A stretch of 64,000 nucleotides of DNA from Eutreptiella sp. 'Long Island Sound 2002'. Lineage: Eukaryota; Protista; Euglenida. Each line of letters opens with the position of its first letter. Position 1 is the stretch's first letter. A program made the position numbers and the translations under genes. The notes below the pieces were generated by a model. That model was not told where the DNA came from. It worked only from the letters and a program-made list of their open reading frames with translations, and did not search any database. Shown piece after piece: positions 20,403 to 34,694 of the stretch. The stretch covers positions 11,594,001 to 11,658,000 of the forward strand of contig OZ038379.1 of assembly GCA_964036045.1 (NCBI GenBank). The letters are read 5' to 3'.

Positions 20403-23400
20403 GATGGTTGGAACAGGGCTGTATGACAGTGCGAGGGCCGACTGCAAAGACCATAGGCTGCAGTCTTGGTCTTGACGCGCACACGATGCCTCGCGCCAGA
20501 CCTGGGCCGGTCGGCACAGACGAGGGTGAGTACTTGAATGCTTGGCAGGAGCCTACTACTGCCAAACTGAGGAAACTTGTGCTGTGTGCATGTCAAATCA
20601 CATCATATTTTTTGTAGTGCGCTTTGGCCTGTGGTGGTGGGGCTACGAGAATATGCCACACAAGCCCTACACAACTGTCGTGCAGGATTCGTTCCACAGA
20701 ATTTCTCACCTGGAAACCCCCCCTTGGCCCAGAAAGAAGACTGGGTTGTGGCAGTAAGCCGGCAAGCGTTAGCAGCGCATGAAGCAGAAGAAAGCCCCGT
20801 CAGTGGCTGTGGAGGACCATGGGTACCTTTCTGTCACAAAGAGGGACGGATTGGTGGGCCCTCGATGAACAGGGGCAATCAGCGGTTCAACAGCGGCGGT
20901 TGGCGGTCAACTGACGACGGTTGGCGGCTGGCAGGACGGTGCACCAGGTGCAGGGGGGGGGGGGGCTCCCGAGGGCAGAAAGAAGAACAAAAAGGGCCCC
21001 CACAAGACCCGTGGCAACGCACTTTGCACAGTGCCCAACAAAGAGCATCATGCCGGTCCCCAAGGCCCCCCTTGTGGGCAGCACTTCTTTTCACGTAGGC
21101 ACACACACACATACCGTCCCATGATGGTGCCCTCGTCAGGGCTCTGCAGCAGATCACTGGATTCGGGGTCCGCCCACGTCAGCTCCACCCACTTACATTG
21201 TGTAAGCACCAGCTGCTCCTACAACACGCAAGCCGTGCAGACTGGCGAGCGTTGGCCACGCAGGAGATCAAAGGCCGGGGTTAATCTCCAAGATCAGCAC
21301 AACTCATTTCACAGCCCATATCACATCCTGTACACATCTCTTGTGGCGCCCCCCCCCCCCTTTTGCAGGTGCACGCATTTTGTGTGCACTAGGCAACCCC
21401 CCGCCCCCTTGTGGTCTGCCATGTGACAGACCCACTCGCCGGCCCACACATATCACACGCTGTGCAGATCCATTGAAGGGAACACCCGCTGGTGGCATCG
21501 CACAGTAAAAAATGAGCCAAAAGCGCACGAGTAACCCAAAAGCGGGCCCATGGTGCTTTAAACCTGGGCGGGCTTGGAAGAGGGAGTGTGGTAGGCGCAG
21601 GGGTATGCCCCTCAATCCGCACTATAAAATTCGCATTATTTTTCTGGGTTCACTTTTTCAGGTTTGGAGTAGTGTTAGGCCAAAAGAAAGGCCCTGATAA
21701 CCCCAGCCCTACCCCTACTCCTGGAACACGGACCCTTCTTTGATTCGGATTAGCGGTCAGTGGTGGGGTTGTAGGAGAAGCAAAGTGAAGCACAGAGAAA
21801 AGGTCCTGCATTGGACAATGACACACAACAAAATTCTGTGCTGGGCAACTGCATTGACTTTGGTGTTCGCTAATCCTACGCTTACTCAACTTTCCTCAAC
21901 GTTGAAATGTGAAATCAGCAGCACCATTGGTATCATGATCCTGAAGCTACAATCTGTCAAACATAGGGCAAGGTGGGGGGGGGGGGGGTCCGCATACAGG
22001 GAATGGGCCCGCCTCCCGCCTTATGACCACATAATCTACATGGCATTGACAAAACCAGCATCAACATGGTGATTGTCCCGGTAAAGTGTGCAAGATTCAC
22101 GCAAAAAAAATTAGCTGCCCGCCCCGACACGACCGCCCATCCACCCTGACACGCCTACCAGCCAGCCCCAACATGCCCGCCTGCCCACCGTGACACGCCC
22201 GCCTGCCCACCCTGAGACACGTGCCTGCCGGTGTAGACACACGTGCCTGCCCGCCCCACTGCGCCCGCCCGACACGCCCTCCCGCCCACACCAACACGCC
22301 AGGCTGCCCGCCCTGACACGCCCGCGACACACGTGCCCACCCGCCCGCCCACCTACCCTGACATGTGCATGCACCCCCACATGCACGCGCTCCCGGACAC
22401 GCCCCCGGCCACACACCCGCCTCATTTTGAGATAATAGGAAAATGAGGGGCTCAAAACCCGACCCCAGAGTTTTGCTTAAGGGAGGTGGGGGATGGGGGG
22501 GGTCCAAGGGGGGGAGGGGGGGCTCACCACAAATGTGTACCATAGTATCACAGTGCAGGTCAGCTTCGGCGCCTTGTAGAAATTTGCTTTGGCGCCTTCG
22601 GCGCCTAGTATTTCCTATGCTTTCTGGGCCAAGGTGACGGTTCCCCCCCTGGGGGCGGGGGGATTTCAAAGGGGGTAGGGAAGGTACCATTGACGAAGGG
22701 CAGTGGCAGCCTTCGTAGCCCATGCACTCCACCGCAAAAACTCTTTCGCCACATCTTCATACCCCATGCTTTGGCTCCGGGTCTGGCACTATTTCGGCTC
22801 ATTTTCAACCCAGGGGAATCGCCCTTCAGCCACTACACTCTAAACACATACGCTGTGTAGAGGGGTGGAGTGCACAAAACGTAGTGTGACGCACAGTCTG
22901 AAAGGCAGTCAACCTGCACTTTAGGGTCCATCACCTTTTTTGTCTCCTTGGTCTCCTGCTGCTGCAGGGCCAATTTCTCGTTCAGCATGTCAACAAACTT
23001 CCGTTTGGCCTCGGCGTGCGATGGATCAGTGGATGCAACCTGAAAACACAGACAAACATGCTTGCAGTAAATCCGAACCCAACAGTGACCTCCTGAGCAG
23101 ACCCATGGGGTGCGTGCAGGAAAGGCTCAGTACGTGTGCCGGGTGATACAGATGTAGGCAGAGGGTTGGGTTTCACCAGGAAATTGTCCGGATTTTTTGT
23201 CGACAGACGGTCAGGAAGTGTTTTTTGGGAGATGAAAATGGGCCTTATGCCCACAGATGTGCTTCTGCCCCTTGGTGTTCCTCCAGTGCTGGCGACACCC
23301 ATGGGGGGAGAGGGGGGGGGGGGTTCTGGATATCATGAAGCACTTCTACCCATGCGCAGACCGCGGTGCTGCTGCTGAGCACATTCCACTCATCCAACAT

Positions 23401-23831
23401 CAACGCCTCTGAACTATCACTTTGGTGAGCGAGAGACCGGCCAGTCTGAGGCTATGAAGCGACAAACATCGAAACAGTCTTGAGAGCAATCAAAGCAAAC
23501 ACAGCGGGGGGGGGGGGGGCTGTGCCAGGGAAATTCTGCAGCAGCTTATTCTGATGGACGGGGGGGGGGGGCTGTGCCAGGGAAATTCTGCAGCAGCTTA
23601 TTCTAATGGCACACATTCTATGCAAATTGTACAGTAGCCAGAATATGCCCATGGATCGTCACCGAGGTGGTCCCCTCCGTTGGGCAAGCCACCGTCGGCA
23701 GCCCCAAATGGCGGCAGCCGTTCAAATCACGGATGATTGAAACAGGGCTGTATGACAGTGCTAGGGCCGACTGTAAAGACCATCGGCTGCAGTCTTGGTG
23801 TTGCCACGCAGGCGATGCCCCGCGCCAGACC
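20403..23831 (+). repeat. ~100-bp dispersed repeat, two diverged copies (20403-20503 and 23732-23831)
   Basis: aacagggctgtatgacagtgc.agggccgactg.aaagaccat.ggctgcagtcttggt...cgcgccagacct is shared. Confidence 0.85.
22110..22420. repeat. C-rich low-complexity tract (ccgccc/acacg motifs)
   Basis: Repeated gcccgcc/acacg words; only low-complexity ORFs. Confidence 0.75.
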
Positions 23832-24187
23832 TTGAAAAACCTTGAGTGAGAGCACCTGGTCACACTCAACGTGATCGGGGCACGGTGCCAGTCACTGCAA
23901 CACACACTGTAGGCTAGGAAACTGAACCCGAGGCTGGGAGATGGCCCACGCTACCCACAGCAATGCACACCCTTCTACCCACCGCTGTGTGCAGGACACT
24001 ATTCACATCATGCCACATCGTATCCAGTACCACCTCCCCCACCTCGCCTACATGCGATGACAACACTGCACACAGTGCCATCGCAACGGTTCAGCCTTGC
24101 AACCCCAGAAGTGTGGTCGTGCAATTTTGCTTCCGGTGGGGCTTTGCGTCATGTACGAGGGGTTCGTTCCACTGCCACGTCTTACTG

Positions 24188-25750
24188 CTGTTAGTCGCGT
24201 TGTTGGTGGGTAGTGACGAGGAATGTGGTGTGGTGGTGGGGGGGGGGGGGGGGGAGGCATTTTTCTGGTGGTGGGGGTTGTAACCACAGGTTGAATCTGG
24301 GCCGGACGTCTGGGGCAAGGGGAAACAGGCTATGAGCACTCGGGAGTCCCCATTGGCCTACGTCCACCGTTGCCTCTTCTGTCAGGCCCTCTTCTCGCTG
24401 TGAGTCACGTTGTTGGTGGGCAGTGACGTAACGTGGTCTGATGGATGGGTGGGGGGGGGGGGTGGCGCAGTTTTCTGGTGGTGGGACTTTGGAAATGGAG
24501 ACATTGTGACATGTTGGTTGACTCCAAATGATTCATGCTGCACAGGGCATGTTCGTCGCTCGCTGGCACTTTCAGGTGCACAGTGCAGGTGCCAGAATTG
24601 AAATGGGAATGGGAGAGCCCTGTGACACGCTGGTTACCCTAAATGATTCATGCTGCATAGGGCCGGCTTGCTGCGCGATGGCTCATGCAGGGCGTAGTGC
24701 GGGCAGTCAAATCGATTGAGTGGCATCCTACGGTTCGTTGAGTCCAAATCATTCACGCTGCACTAGGCAGGTTCACTGTGCGCTGGCACATGCAGATGCA
24801 TAGTGCAGGCACCAGTAGAAATGGGAATGGAAGAGCCCTGTGACTTGTTGGTCAACCGAAAGGTTCATGTTGCACAGGGCCGCTTTGCTGCGCGATGGCA
24901 CATTCAGGGCACAGTGCAGGCATCAGAGTTGACTGAGGGGCACTCACCAGTTGGGAATGGGAGAATCTTGCGACGTGTTGGTTAACCCAAACGATTCATG
25001 CTGCATCGGATTGGTTCGCTGCACGCTGGTACTTTCAGGTGCTCAGTGCAGACATCAGAATTGACTGAGAGGCACTCAACCGCAGGAAGTGGGAACTGGT
25101 GTTAAATGAATTTCGTGACGTTGGGCAGTGATGAGGAATGTGGCGTGACGGGGGGGGGATGGCAGTTTTCTGGTGGCGGGACGCTGCAACCACAACTGAA
25201 TTTGGCCCGGACGTCCGGGGCAAGGGGAAACGGGCTATGAGCACTGGAGAGTCCCCATTGGCCTACGTCCACCGTTGCTCCTTCTGTCATGCCCTCTTCC
25301 CGCTGTTAGTCGCGTTGGTGGTGGCCAGTGACGAGGAATGTGGTGTGGTGGTTGGGGGGGGCGGGGTCGGCATTTTTCTCGTGGTGGGGCTTGCAACCAC
25401 AGGTTGAATCTGGGCAAGACGTCTGGGGCAAGGGGAAACAAGCTATGAGCACTCAGGAGTCCCCATTGGCCTACGTCCACCGTTGCCTCTTCTGCCAAGC
25501 CCTCTTCTCGCTGTGAGTCGCGTGAGGGGAGGGGAGGGTGGCGCAGTTTTCTGGTGGTGGGACTTTGGAAATGGAGACATTGTGACATGTTGGTTGACTC
25601 CAAATGATTCATGCTGCACGGGGCATGTTCGTCGCTCGCTGGCACTTTCAGGTGCACAGTGCAGGTACCAGAATTGAAATGGGAATGGGAGAGCCCTGTG
25701 ACATGTTGGTTACCCTAAATAATTCATGCTGCATAGGGCCGGCTTGCTGC
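24188..25750 (+). repeat. Complex tandem repeat array: ~490-560 bp unit duplicated (~24188 and ~25303) with nested ~120-bp subunits
   Basis: Long near-identical blocks; duplicated peptides in the ORF track (24410.. and 25483.., 24528.. and 25604..). Confidence 0.85.
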
Positions 25751-27780
25751 ACGCTGGCACATTCCAATAGCTTGCGGCGTCAAAATCTTGTGTCAATAGC
25801 TTGCATCAACAGTTGGTGCCAATGTCTTGTGTCAAGAGCTTGCGTCACTAGCTTGTGTCAATAGCAGGTGTCAATAGCTTGTGTCATGGTTTGCACTGGT
25901 TTGAAAATGTGCGGCAAGCTGACTAGCGCGGAGCCAAGGGGCACCCTGGTTCATCACCCCCCCCCCCACCCACCCCCAACCCCCCAACTCCCCAAAGTTC
26001 TTGAACCCAGTTTGAGGCAATTTCAGGTTTTGGCTAATTGACACAAGCTCAGCACTGCCCTTTTGTGCAGGCTCAGTTCACAGGAGCCCCTGCAAACCGC
26101 CCAAACCTTCAATTTTGAGGGGGCTTGACACTCCCCAGCCCTGTCCCCCTCTGTGTCTGTGTCCCACTCCCCTAGTACCAGGGCTATGTCCTATGTGCCC
26201 CTGAGCTGAGCCGTCCGTACCGCATCCCCGCCGTTGACCATATCTCTGCTGGAACTCGCCTCACGCTTGACCAAACAACACATACCGCTGCCGGGGACGA
26301 GGTACCCTTTGGGGTACTGTTGGCCTTTGCATATTATCGCGAGCTCTGCCCGCTGACTAGGGGCGATTCGGTGGTGGTGGTGGAAGTGTTGGCTTTGGCA
26401 TGGACTTCCTGGCTCTACTTCTGCACGGCACTGATTCCATGTGAACCCACCATCGCAGTCATGGCAGCTGTAATAAGAACGAGCGGGCGCCCTCATGACA
26501 AACCCAGTCTGTCTCCATCGATAGCCCCACCTCCTGGTGGAGACTCGACGGATGCGTTGTTTCATGGTGACTGTTGGAGTCTTGCTTGCCGGAGTTAGTG
26601 AGACTTTACGTTTGCTAAGATACTCAGTTTTTGTTTCTAGGATACACATTGGGTACGCCCTTTGGAGAGTTGGGGGACACAAGGGATGGGACACCGTAGC
26701 ACACACACATTGATATCTTTGCAAAGAAATATCGTCGGGGGGGGGGGGGGGGAATAATTTGAAGGGGGATTTTTTTTGGGAGGCCCCAAATTAAGGTGGG
26801 AAAATTGTGGACATTTTGGCACATAGCATCCTTAATGTTGAAGAAGATATTGGCTAGGAGGGAGGGCTTCCACACAAGTACTGCACAAGAACCAACAAAA
26901 ACCACTAGTGTGTTTCAAAGCCGGCCCATCCCGCCCAAGTCTCGTTGCTTAATCAAATGGAGTTGGTGTCAATGTTACGCGGTGACGTTTCATCAGGTGA
27001 AATCCGGCCCTTTGGTCCATGCCTCATGGTAGTGATCGCCGTGTTTGTCAAGCTAGTGTGGTTGGGCGTGTAGCCCTTGTTCTTGGATAGCGATAACATG
27101 TGGCTCACGCTAGGTTTGGGTGGAGGTGGTGCAACGGCAAACCCGCTCGGTTGAACCAGCCTTTGCCCCCCCCCCCCCCCCCTCCACCCGCCCCTAGACC
27201 CTATGCTTGGGTCAACTTCTTCTGCACACCACCAATCAACACCTTTGATGTGCAACTCGCGGAGACTCGGTGACCACAAGCTTCCAATAGCGCCTAGTAC
27301 TCCGATCTCGATTTGGAATGTCCGCAAAACACAAATGGTATTGTTCTCCATGCTTCGGCGAAGTATCCGAAGCATCATCTACACATGACAAGTGAAAAAG
27401 ACGAAGGCCGAGCTTTCTTGAGTTGAACACGAGCAACTAGCTTGTCTTGCAAAATTCCCGACGTTACGATCATTTTGGATCGGTTCGGCATGGCAACCAA
27501 AACCCGTCAAACCAAGTGGCCGCGGAATTCGGGTTCGAGAAGGTGAAAAGATGGCTTCTAGGACTAGAGGACTACGAAGGTCACACAACAAATGACGCGA
27601 CACTACGTGCGGTGTTGGTTACCTTGAAGCTTGCCGTGTGCACTTGTTTGGCGATACCATGAACGCACTTCGTGGATCCAAACATTGTCTACATCCCAGT
27701 CTACACAACAGAAGAAAATTGGTGGCCACTCGGCGTTCCCAATGCTTTAGGACCACTTTCTTCTTGCTTTTTCATTCGTT

Positions 27781-27785
<5 letters not shown>

Positions 27786-27847
<62 letters not shown>
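27786..27847. repeat. (CT)n microsatellite
   Basis: About 30 CT units. Confidence 0.99.
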
Positions 27848-27849
<2 letters not shown>

Positions 27850-27867
27850 CTGCCGAAAAATCGAATC

Positions 27868-28068
27868 CAAACTATACTCTATGCATTTTGGGCGACCGGC
27901 CTACTCCCTCTAGCAAAGGAGAAGAGGGAAAGAGGGTAGACGAGTGAGAGGAGCATCGGGATCATAGAAATGCCGCAAACTATACTCTATGTATTTTGGG
28001 CGACCCGCCTACTCCCTCTAGCAAAGGAGAAGAGGGAAAGAGGGTAGACGAGTGAGAGGAGCATCGGG
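27868..28068 (+). repeat. 93-bp tandem duplication (27868-27960 and 27976-28068)
   Basis: Near-identical copies, 108-bp period. Confidence 0.92.
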
Positions 28069-30786
28069 GTCATGAAATGTCGAAGTCCTTGTTGCGAGGA
28101 ACCACGTCTCCTAGTGCTCCGGATTGGGCAAGCCTATTATTCTAGATCAATGCCCACCATGTATGCGGAATTCGAGAATTATTGTAGCTACATCTCGATG
28201 GCCGAGTTTCCTAAGAGGCGAAGCACGTCAACACGTAGAAATCATTAGGAAGCTATAGCCTCTATTATGAGCCGTCACGCAAGGAGCTACACTCGCTACA
28301 GTAGTTACATTAGGAACCCTTGTTATTTAGGTCCCTCTCGTGGACGTTCTACGAAATCTATACACGAAGAAGGCAATATCCATGGGAAGGGTTACCGGCC
28401 TGAATTGTTATGCAAAGGAAAGGGTTGCATCTCAATAGTCCCAGTTGGTGAGGCCTTTTTGTGTGATATTTTGGATGTGATCACCCAAACCGGAAAAACG
28501 TCAAGAGGCAAAGGAACAGATGCTGGCTATCCTTGTGGCTAGGATGGTTGAGCATACGTAGCACGTACAAAAATATAGGCGCAAAGGAAGGCGTGTAACG
28601 CTTAAAGATTGAGAAACAACCCATTTGTGGGTCGGGAAACACTGGATGATGCAATGCACAAAGCACTCACTCATCTGTTTCAGCTTTTTGCTAGTTGAAC
28701 GCTTTCTCTTTGGGTTTTGCAACAACTTGACCCCCCTTGTTTTGGTGTTGTGATTGTTGGACCTTCGTTGGCTCCCCTTGTGTCTTCATTCACTTGGAAG
28801 ACAGCCCAAAGTAGTGACAAAAGTTTCGATATGCAGCACTCCTGCGATGAATTATTTCCGGATTTCCCGATATCGATTACTTCGTGTGAAAATGCAACTT
28901 ATGTTCGACAGCACATCTAGCAAATAAATTTTCAATCGGAGAAAAAATTGGCATGCCTTCCGAATAACAAAATTTACCTGAGTAGTTGTTCTGTGCAGGC
29001 CGCGCACGCGACTCGAGTACCGTTACTTTTGGTTCACTACCACGTGTAAATCACCGTTCAGCATCTTTGTTTTTCAATATATATATCTATATATATATAT
29101 ACATATATATCTTTTTATTATTAGTATTTATGTACATTTTTGTGTTGTTCGTCATGGTAATTAATTGGCCATGAATTGGGAATTTAGCATGCATGGCTTC
29201 ATGCATGGGCGTGACACATTCTTTGGCATCTTCACACAACTTGACACATGTGGATGCGCCAAGTGGCGGTTGCTGACACGCAATTTCAACCCATTTTGAG
29301 GAAAATGTCAACATTAGACAACGGGAATGCATTTGTTTATTATTTAGTCGTGTTGACACTGCAAATTGAGTTGACCAATATGCCGCAAACATGCAGATCA
29401 AGACCCGCCTTTCAAGTATTACACCTTCTCTTCGGGGACTAGGCGATGTGATCCCCCCTGGATTAGAGTGGTGGAACCCTCCCAATGGACCGGATCACAG
29501 ATTGGACATGGATATGACCCCCCACCCTCCTAACCCCCCCAAAATGGATTAGAGAAAAAAATCCAACAAAGACCGTACGCGCGTGTACTGCCATGGAAGC
29601 CCCAACCACCAAGTCTTCCTGAACTTTCCAACGTAGAGCCACGATGGGAGGCCACAAAGAGACAGGCACATGGCAAAGCAAATACATCCTTGACCATGCT
29701 AAATTTGAAAATTCCAAATTAGGTGCCCAAAGATGAACTTGCCAAGCAGCATTGGGCAGATCACTCATGAGTCATGCTATCTTTGGGGGTCTTGAAGATG
29801 ATGCGAGCACTACAAAGAACAACAAAGTTCTCGATCCATAAAGCAAAACTGAAGCAAGTTCCTAATGGACAACAAATGCTTGGTTTGCAACATTGCACAC
29901 GTGTACACACACCACACACATGCACACACAACACAACAACGGTGAATGAGAGCCAAGGAGCCATGGACACCGCACACACCCCCACACAACACACGCACGG
30001 CGCACCGCAACAAACAATCACCAAAGTTCTTGATGCACAATAAAGTTCCTCATTCATAAATGCAAAATTAATGACATGAAGACACGTTACCACGAAGCAC
30101 ACAAACTAATTGCCCAATGAAAGTTCTTGATTCTTCCAAAAAAAAACATAGCTACTATCCACACATCATCCACATCATCAACTTGCCACAATCCAAAATG
30201 CATCAAACGAGATTGGAGGGCTAGATTGGATTGATTGGAGGGCTAGCAGATAGCACAAAAGCAAAAGACAGTGCACATTGGACCAGGCGAAAAAAATTAG
30301 ACACTCAAAAAAGACAAGCGTGCACGCCCATAAAAATGGATCAGGGTGTTGACCCCCCCCCCCCCCCCCACTCCCCAAGGACCAGATCATGAATCGGGAT
30401 TCCCCCCCCACCCATTCGACTCCCCTTCAAAATATCCTTCAACCATCTTTGCTACCACCCAAGAAATGATGCCCTCTGCCACATCTCCACGGAAAACCTT
30501 TTGTACCTTTTGTACCTTTTGTTGTTGCACGTCGGAAGACGTGTTGGCAAGGGTTTGGATTGTACTTGCCTATTCCTATAACCTTCTACAGATTACACGG
30601 TGGGGGGCGGCAAACCGGGGCATGTTTATTTTGTTTATTTTGGTTGATTGGCTGGTGGTTGGTGGTTGGTATACATGACCAGTTCGCTTGCCTTTCATCG
30701 TGTTGCACGCGACGTTTTGTCAATACCTTCACACTTTCATCAAGATTTTGTGCCATGGGGTCGTGCGGATCCACTTCGTAGACCAG

Positions 30787-32106
30787 ATGGTTCATGGGCG
30801 TGCGGCATGGGTACTCTTGACGTGGTTGTTCGTGAGCGCCTCGGCAAGCCCATTCCGATACGCCACGATCAGTTACCAACGCGTGAAGGAGCCGGGGCAC
30901 ACTTCTTGGCAAACCTCGAACACGATCGAATTCTCGTCGACCTTTGCTTTTAATGCCTCGGAATTCGGGGAGGAAGACTTTGCGCCTGGGGACCCCTTTT
31001 CATACGGTGACCTTGTCATGCACTTCGGCGACGCGCAGTCAACCGCTTTTTCCAACGAAACTTGCGTCGTTACGTTGCACGATGACGTGGAGGACGTGGT
31101 CATCACGCAATGCAAGGTCACGCACACATACAGCCCCGTAGCGGTCGCGGCCTTGGACAACAAGGCCGCGGCGTACGTGGAGACGTGCTGCCGGCCGGTC
31201 GAGTTGCAGAACAACCCGAACACCACAATGCGGATTGCCGCCGGGGTCGATTTCCGGAGCAACGCGACGTCCGGCATGGTGCTGGGGACGACCCCCACGG
31301 TGCGGATCTTCGTGCCGGTGGGGGAGCACAACTTCACGTTCACTCCGGTGCTGATGGCCGACCCCTTGGGGCGGATCCCTCACTTTCGGTTCGCCACGAG
31401 CCAAGAAATGAGCGGCAGCGCAGAGGGCTCGGGGGCCCCGGACGGCATGACCATCGACCCCGTCACGGGGTCCATCACATGGGTCAACGCCACGGGGACG
31501 GTCAACGGGGGCCTCTACAGCCTCCAGCTCGTCGTCACCGACGGCGACCGGACCGCCGCCGTGGACTTCCTCGTGGAGCTGCACCACCTCGGCCGCCGCT
31601 GCGACGACGCCTCCGGGGCCTTCGCCGGGGTCGCGTGCGGCACCTCCGCGGAGTGCGGCGCGGGCGGCTGCGCGCTGCCCGACATCCCGACGTTCGTCGC
31701 CCCGTCACCGCCCGCCGGGACGCGGTACGTGGCACTGGTGGGCGCCGCGCGCAACCTCTCCGTTGCCGCGCGCTCGCTGTCCTCGCATCCCGGCGGATAC
31801 CTGGTGATGTCCCCGGGCTCAATTCCGCTGTATTTCGGGCCTCCCCGGCAAACCGGGCGCAACCCCCTGCAGCATGTCCACACGCTGTCGCCCTCTGTCA
31901 ACCACACGAGCCCTGAGATCGTGTGCTGGACGGCCACGTGGGTGAACACGTCGGTGTGGGAGATGACCACGTCGCTGCCGTACTGCCTGCAGGTCCAGCC
32001 CCTACTCGCCCCCTCGTACAGCACGGCCCCGCCGTCCGTGCACGGCTCCCAGGAGTTCGCCATCTATTTCGAGGGCCAGGCCTTTGCGGAAGGCGATCTG
32101 TTTCAG
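30787..32106 (+). CDS. Exon 1: signal peptide, N-terminal extracellular domain and Ig/cadherin-like module
   Basis: MVHGRAAWVLLTWLFVSASA hydrophobic leader; CCR..LQNN; GMTIDPVTGSITW; donor cag|gtgagt at 32107, phase 0. Confidence 0.88.
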
Positions 32107-32642
32107 GTGAGTCGCCTCCTTCGCCTCCTTTGGCCCGTTGTGAGGGCTGCGGTGTGGCTATCCATTTAGTGCCCCTTACCCCCAAAACGTAATGCCCCCA
32201 CCCCCTTCGCAATGGTGCCCCGGTCCTTTAAAAGGCATGCGTGCCCAAAAACACATGTACCCCCCCCCACACACACACTACCCCTGACAAGGTACGTCTA
32301 CCAAAGGTTCCACCTACACCCTCGCTTAGCTCCCCGTAATTCGGTTTTACCACACACACACACACACACACCGCAGAAGGGGAGGGTCCAACGTTCCACA
32401 GAGGCCTCAGCAGTCCTGAGCCAAATGGGGCGTCCTGCCCAGCGCTGCACAAGGATCCACCTCTATAAGTACAGATCACACACACACACACACACACATT
32501 TCATTCCCACTCCTTTTTGAAATCATTTGCCTTTGAGTGGTTGCAATCCAGTAGGTGGGTGGGTGGGTAGGTGGGTTTGTGAAACATGGTAAGTCTACCA
32601 AAGGGCCCACCTTCGCTTAGTTCCCCTTCATCAGGTCTCAAC

Positions 32643-32648
<6 letters not shown>

Positions 32649-32714
<66 letters not shown>

Positions 32715-32823
32715 ACGCACGCGCACGCGCACGCGCACGCACACGCACACGCACACGCACACGCACACGCACACGCACACGCACACGCACACGCACACAC
32801 GCACACACGCACACACGCACACA
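32649..32823. repeat. Compound (CA)n/(CACG)n/(CG) microsatellite
   Basis: ~175 bp of alternating purine-pyrimidine sequence; further (CA)n at ~32349-32371 and ~32476-32498. Confidence 0.98.
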
Positions 32824-33656
32824 CCGAAAAAAAAACGAATGTAACCCGCCCCACGCACACACTTACTAACACCCAAAACAATTCAATGTACCACCCCATC
32901 CCCCAGACACACGCTTGATGTCTCTCACCCCCCAACTCAAAATAACCCCCACGTCCCACACGCACGCACACCAACGCAACCCCTTTTGTCGCGTCGCGAT
33001 GCCGGTCTCTGTCCGGCTCCAGCCCAGAACCCCCGTTGCTGCCAGGGGACCATACCGGCCACACGTCAAGCCTCACCCATGTTGTGTGCAATGCTCAGAG
33101 CTTTTACAGTTTCCTGGCTGACACGGGGGATAAGTGCTATTGCACAGTGCAATTCATGGGCGCCACAAGAAACACAGCTGTTGTTGAGATAAGACGCAAC
33201 GAAATGGAAGCCCGGGACCTGGGGAGCTGGTGCACACCTCCTGCCTGATGAACACCCCCCCGCCCCCGTTGTCCAACACACCGTGCCCAACGAACAGTAG
33301 GCGTTCGGACGATCTGGGACCCCGTTTGATGGGGTAATGGTTTTGAGATAACAACATTTTGGGCCGAGAACTCCGAGGGAATGGCGCAACGGATACCACG
33401 TGTCTGTGGAATGATCGTTGTGCCATTGATGGTGAGCGGAGTTGGTGACCGGCAGGTGCTGTACGAACAACCATCACCCGTCGACCCCTGCGCCCCCCAT
33501 GTCCAGCGAACACCCGGTGTTGCGACCCATTTCAGGGGGGTCGCATACAGGTTTGCAGGGCAAACGGCCCTAGGCCTGGTCAGCAGTGGCGCCAGCAGCG
33601 CTAGAACCCGTGGGGGGGGGGCTGGGTCCATCTTCCCATTGCACCGCTTTCCACAG

Positions 33657-34694
33657 CTCGTCGACGCAGCCCACAGCCCATGCGGGAACTATTCAGAGCC
33701 GTTCTACGCCGTGACCCAGGGCATGCTCAACCCCGAGCGCACGCGCGTCGACGCCAGCGCGGTCACCCTCGAGTCCCGCCCGATGCGCGCCACGGTGTGC
33801 TACCGCTTCGGGGACAACCCCTGGTTCGCCCTCGATGCGCCGCTCGCGATCGCGGGGCCGCACGGGTACGCGAGCGCCGAGGCCCCGGTCCTGCAGCTGC
33901 GCAACGGCACGATCGTCGTGCGCGGTGTGGGGCTGGCGGCCGCGGATCGCGTCGCGGTGGCGCTGCAGCCAGACGACGATTGCGACTCGCCCTCAGCCGC
34001 GTTCAACGTCACGGAGGAGATGGTGCTGGACGATGAGACCGTCGAGCTGCGGGACCTGCGGCTGACCGCCGGGGTATACCACCTCTGCTACCAGTCCCAC
34101 ACGTGGCATGCGCTGCAGCCGCCGCTCGAGGTCACCGGGACCGTCCGCTTGCACACGGTCCCGGCCGTCCCCGTTTCACGCGCCAACTTGACGCTGGTTG
34201 TCGAGGGTGTCGGGCTCTCGACCGCGGACCATTTCGCGATCGCGCTGGAGGCGGAGGAGTGCACCGCCGTCGCGCGCACCAACGTGACCAGCGGCATGTT
34301 CACCGGCGCAGACCCCCCGCGGGCCACCCTCACAATCCCGGTCTACCCGCTGGTCGCGGGCGCGTACCGCGTGTGCTACTTCTTGAAGGGGGAGCCGGAC
34401 CTGTTCGAGCCCGCGTTCTCCGTCCAGGGGGTATACGGCTATGCCGTGACCCCGGCACAGCCCCAGCAGACCACCAATTTCACCCTCTCGATGCTGGGGA
34501 TCAGGCTGTCGACCGAGGACACGTACGGCTTCTCGGACGAGGCCGCGGGGTGTGACTCCCTCAGTGACGGCGGCGTGTGGTCAGTGCATAGCGGCCTGCT
34601 CACGGGCTCCACCGGGTTTCTGGAGGGAGGGCTGCAGCTTCCGGCAGGACGCTACGTCGTGTGCTACAATGTGAACCGGACCGGGTGGCTGCAG
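33657..34694 (+). CDS. Exon 2: Ig-like repeats
   Basis: Acceptor ccacag| and donor gcag|gtatgg, phase 0/0; YHLCY, YRVCY, YVVCY repeats. Confidence 0.9.

Noticed and set aside
30688-30786. Upstream start at 30688 given by the ORF track
   Set aside because: The ATG at 30787 gives a clean signal peptide, and the upstream extension looks non-coding.
32501-33091. ORFs rich in CV/CA/HT/HA repeats
   Set aside because: Translations of microsatellites.
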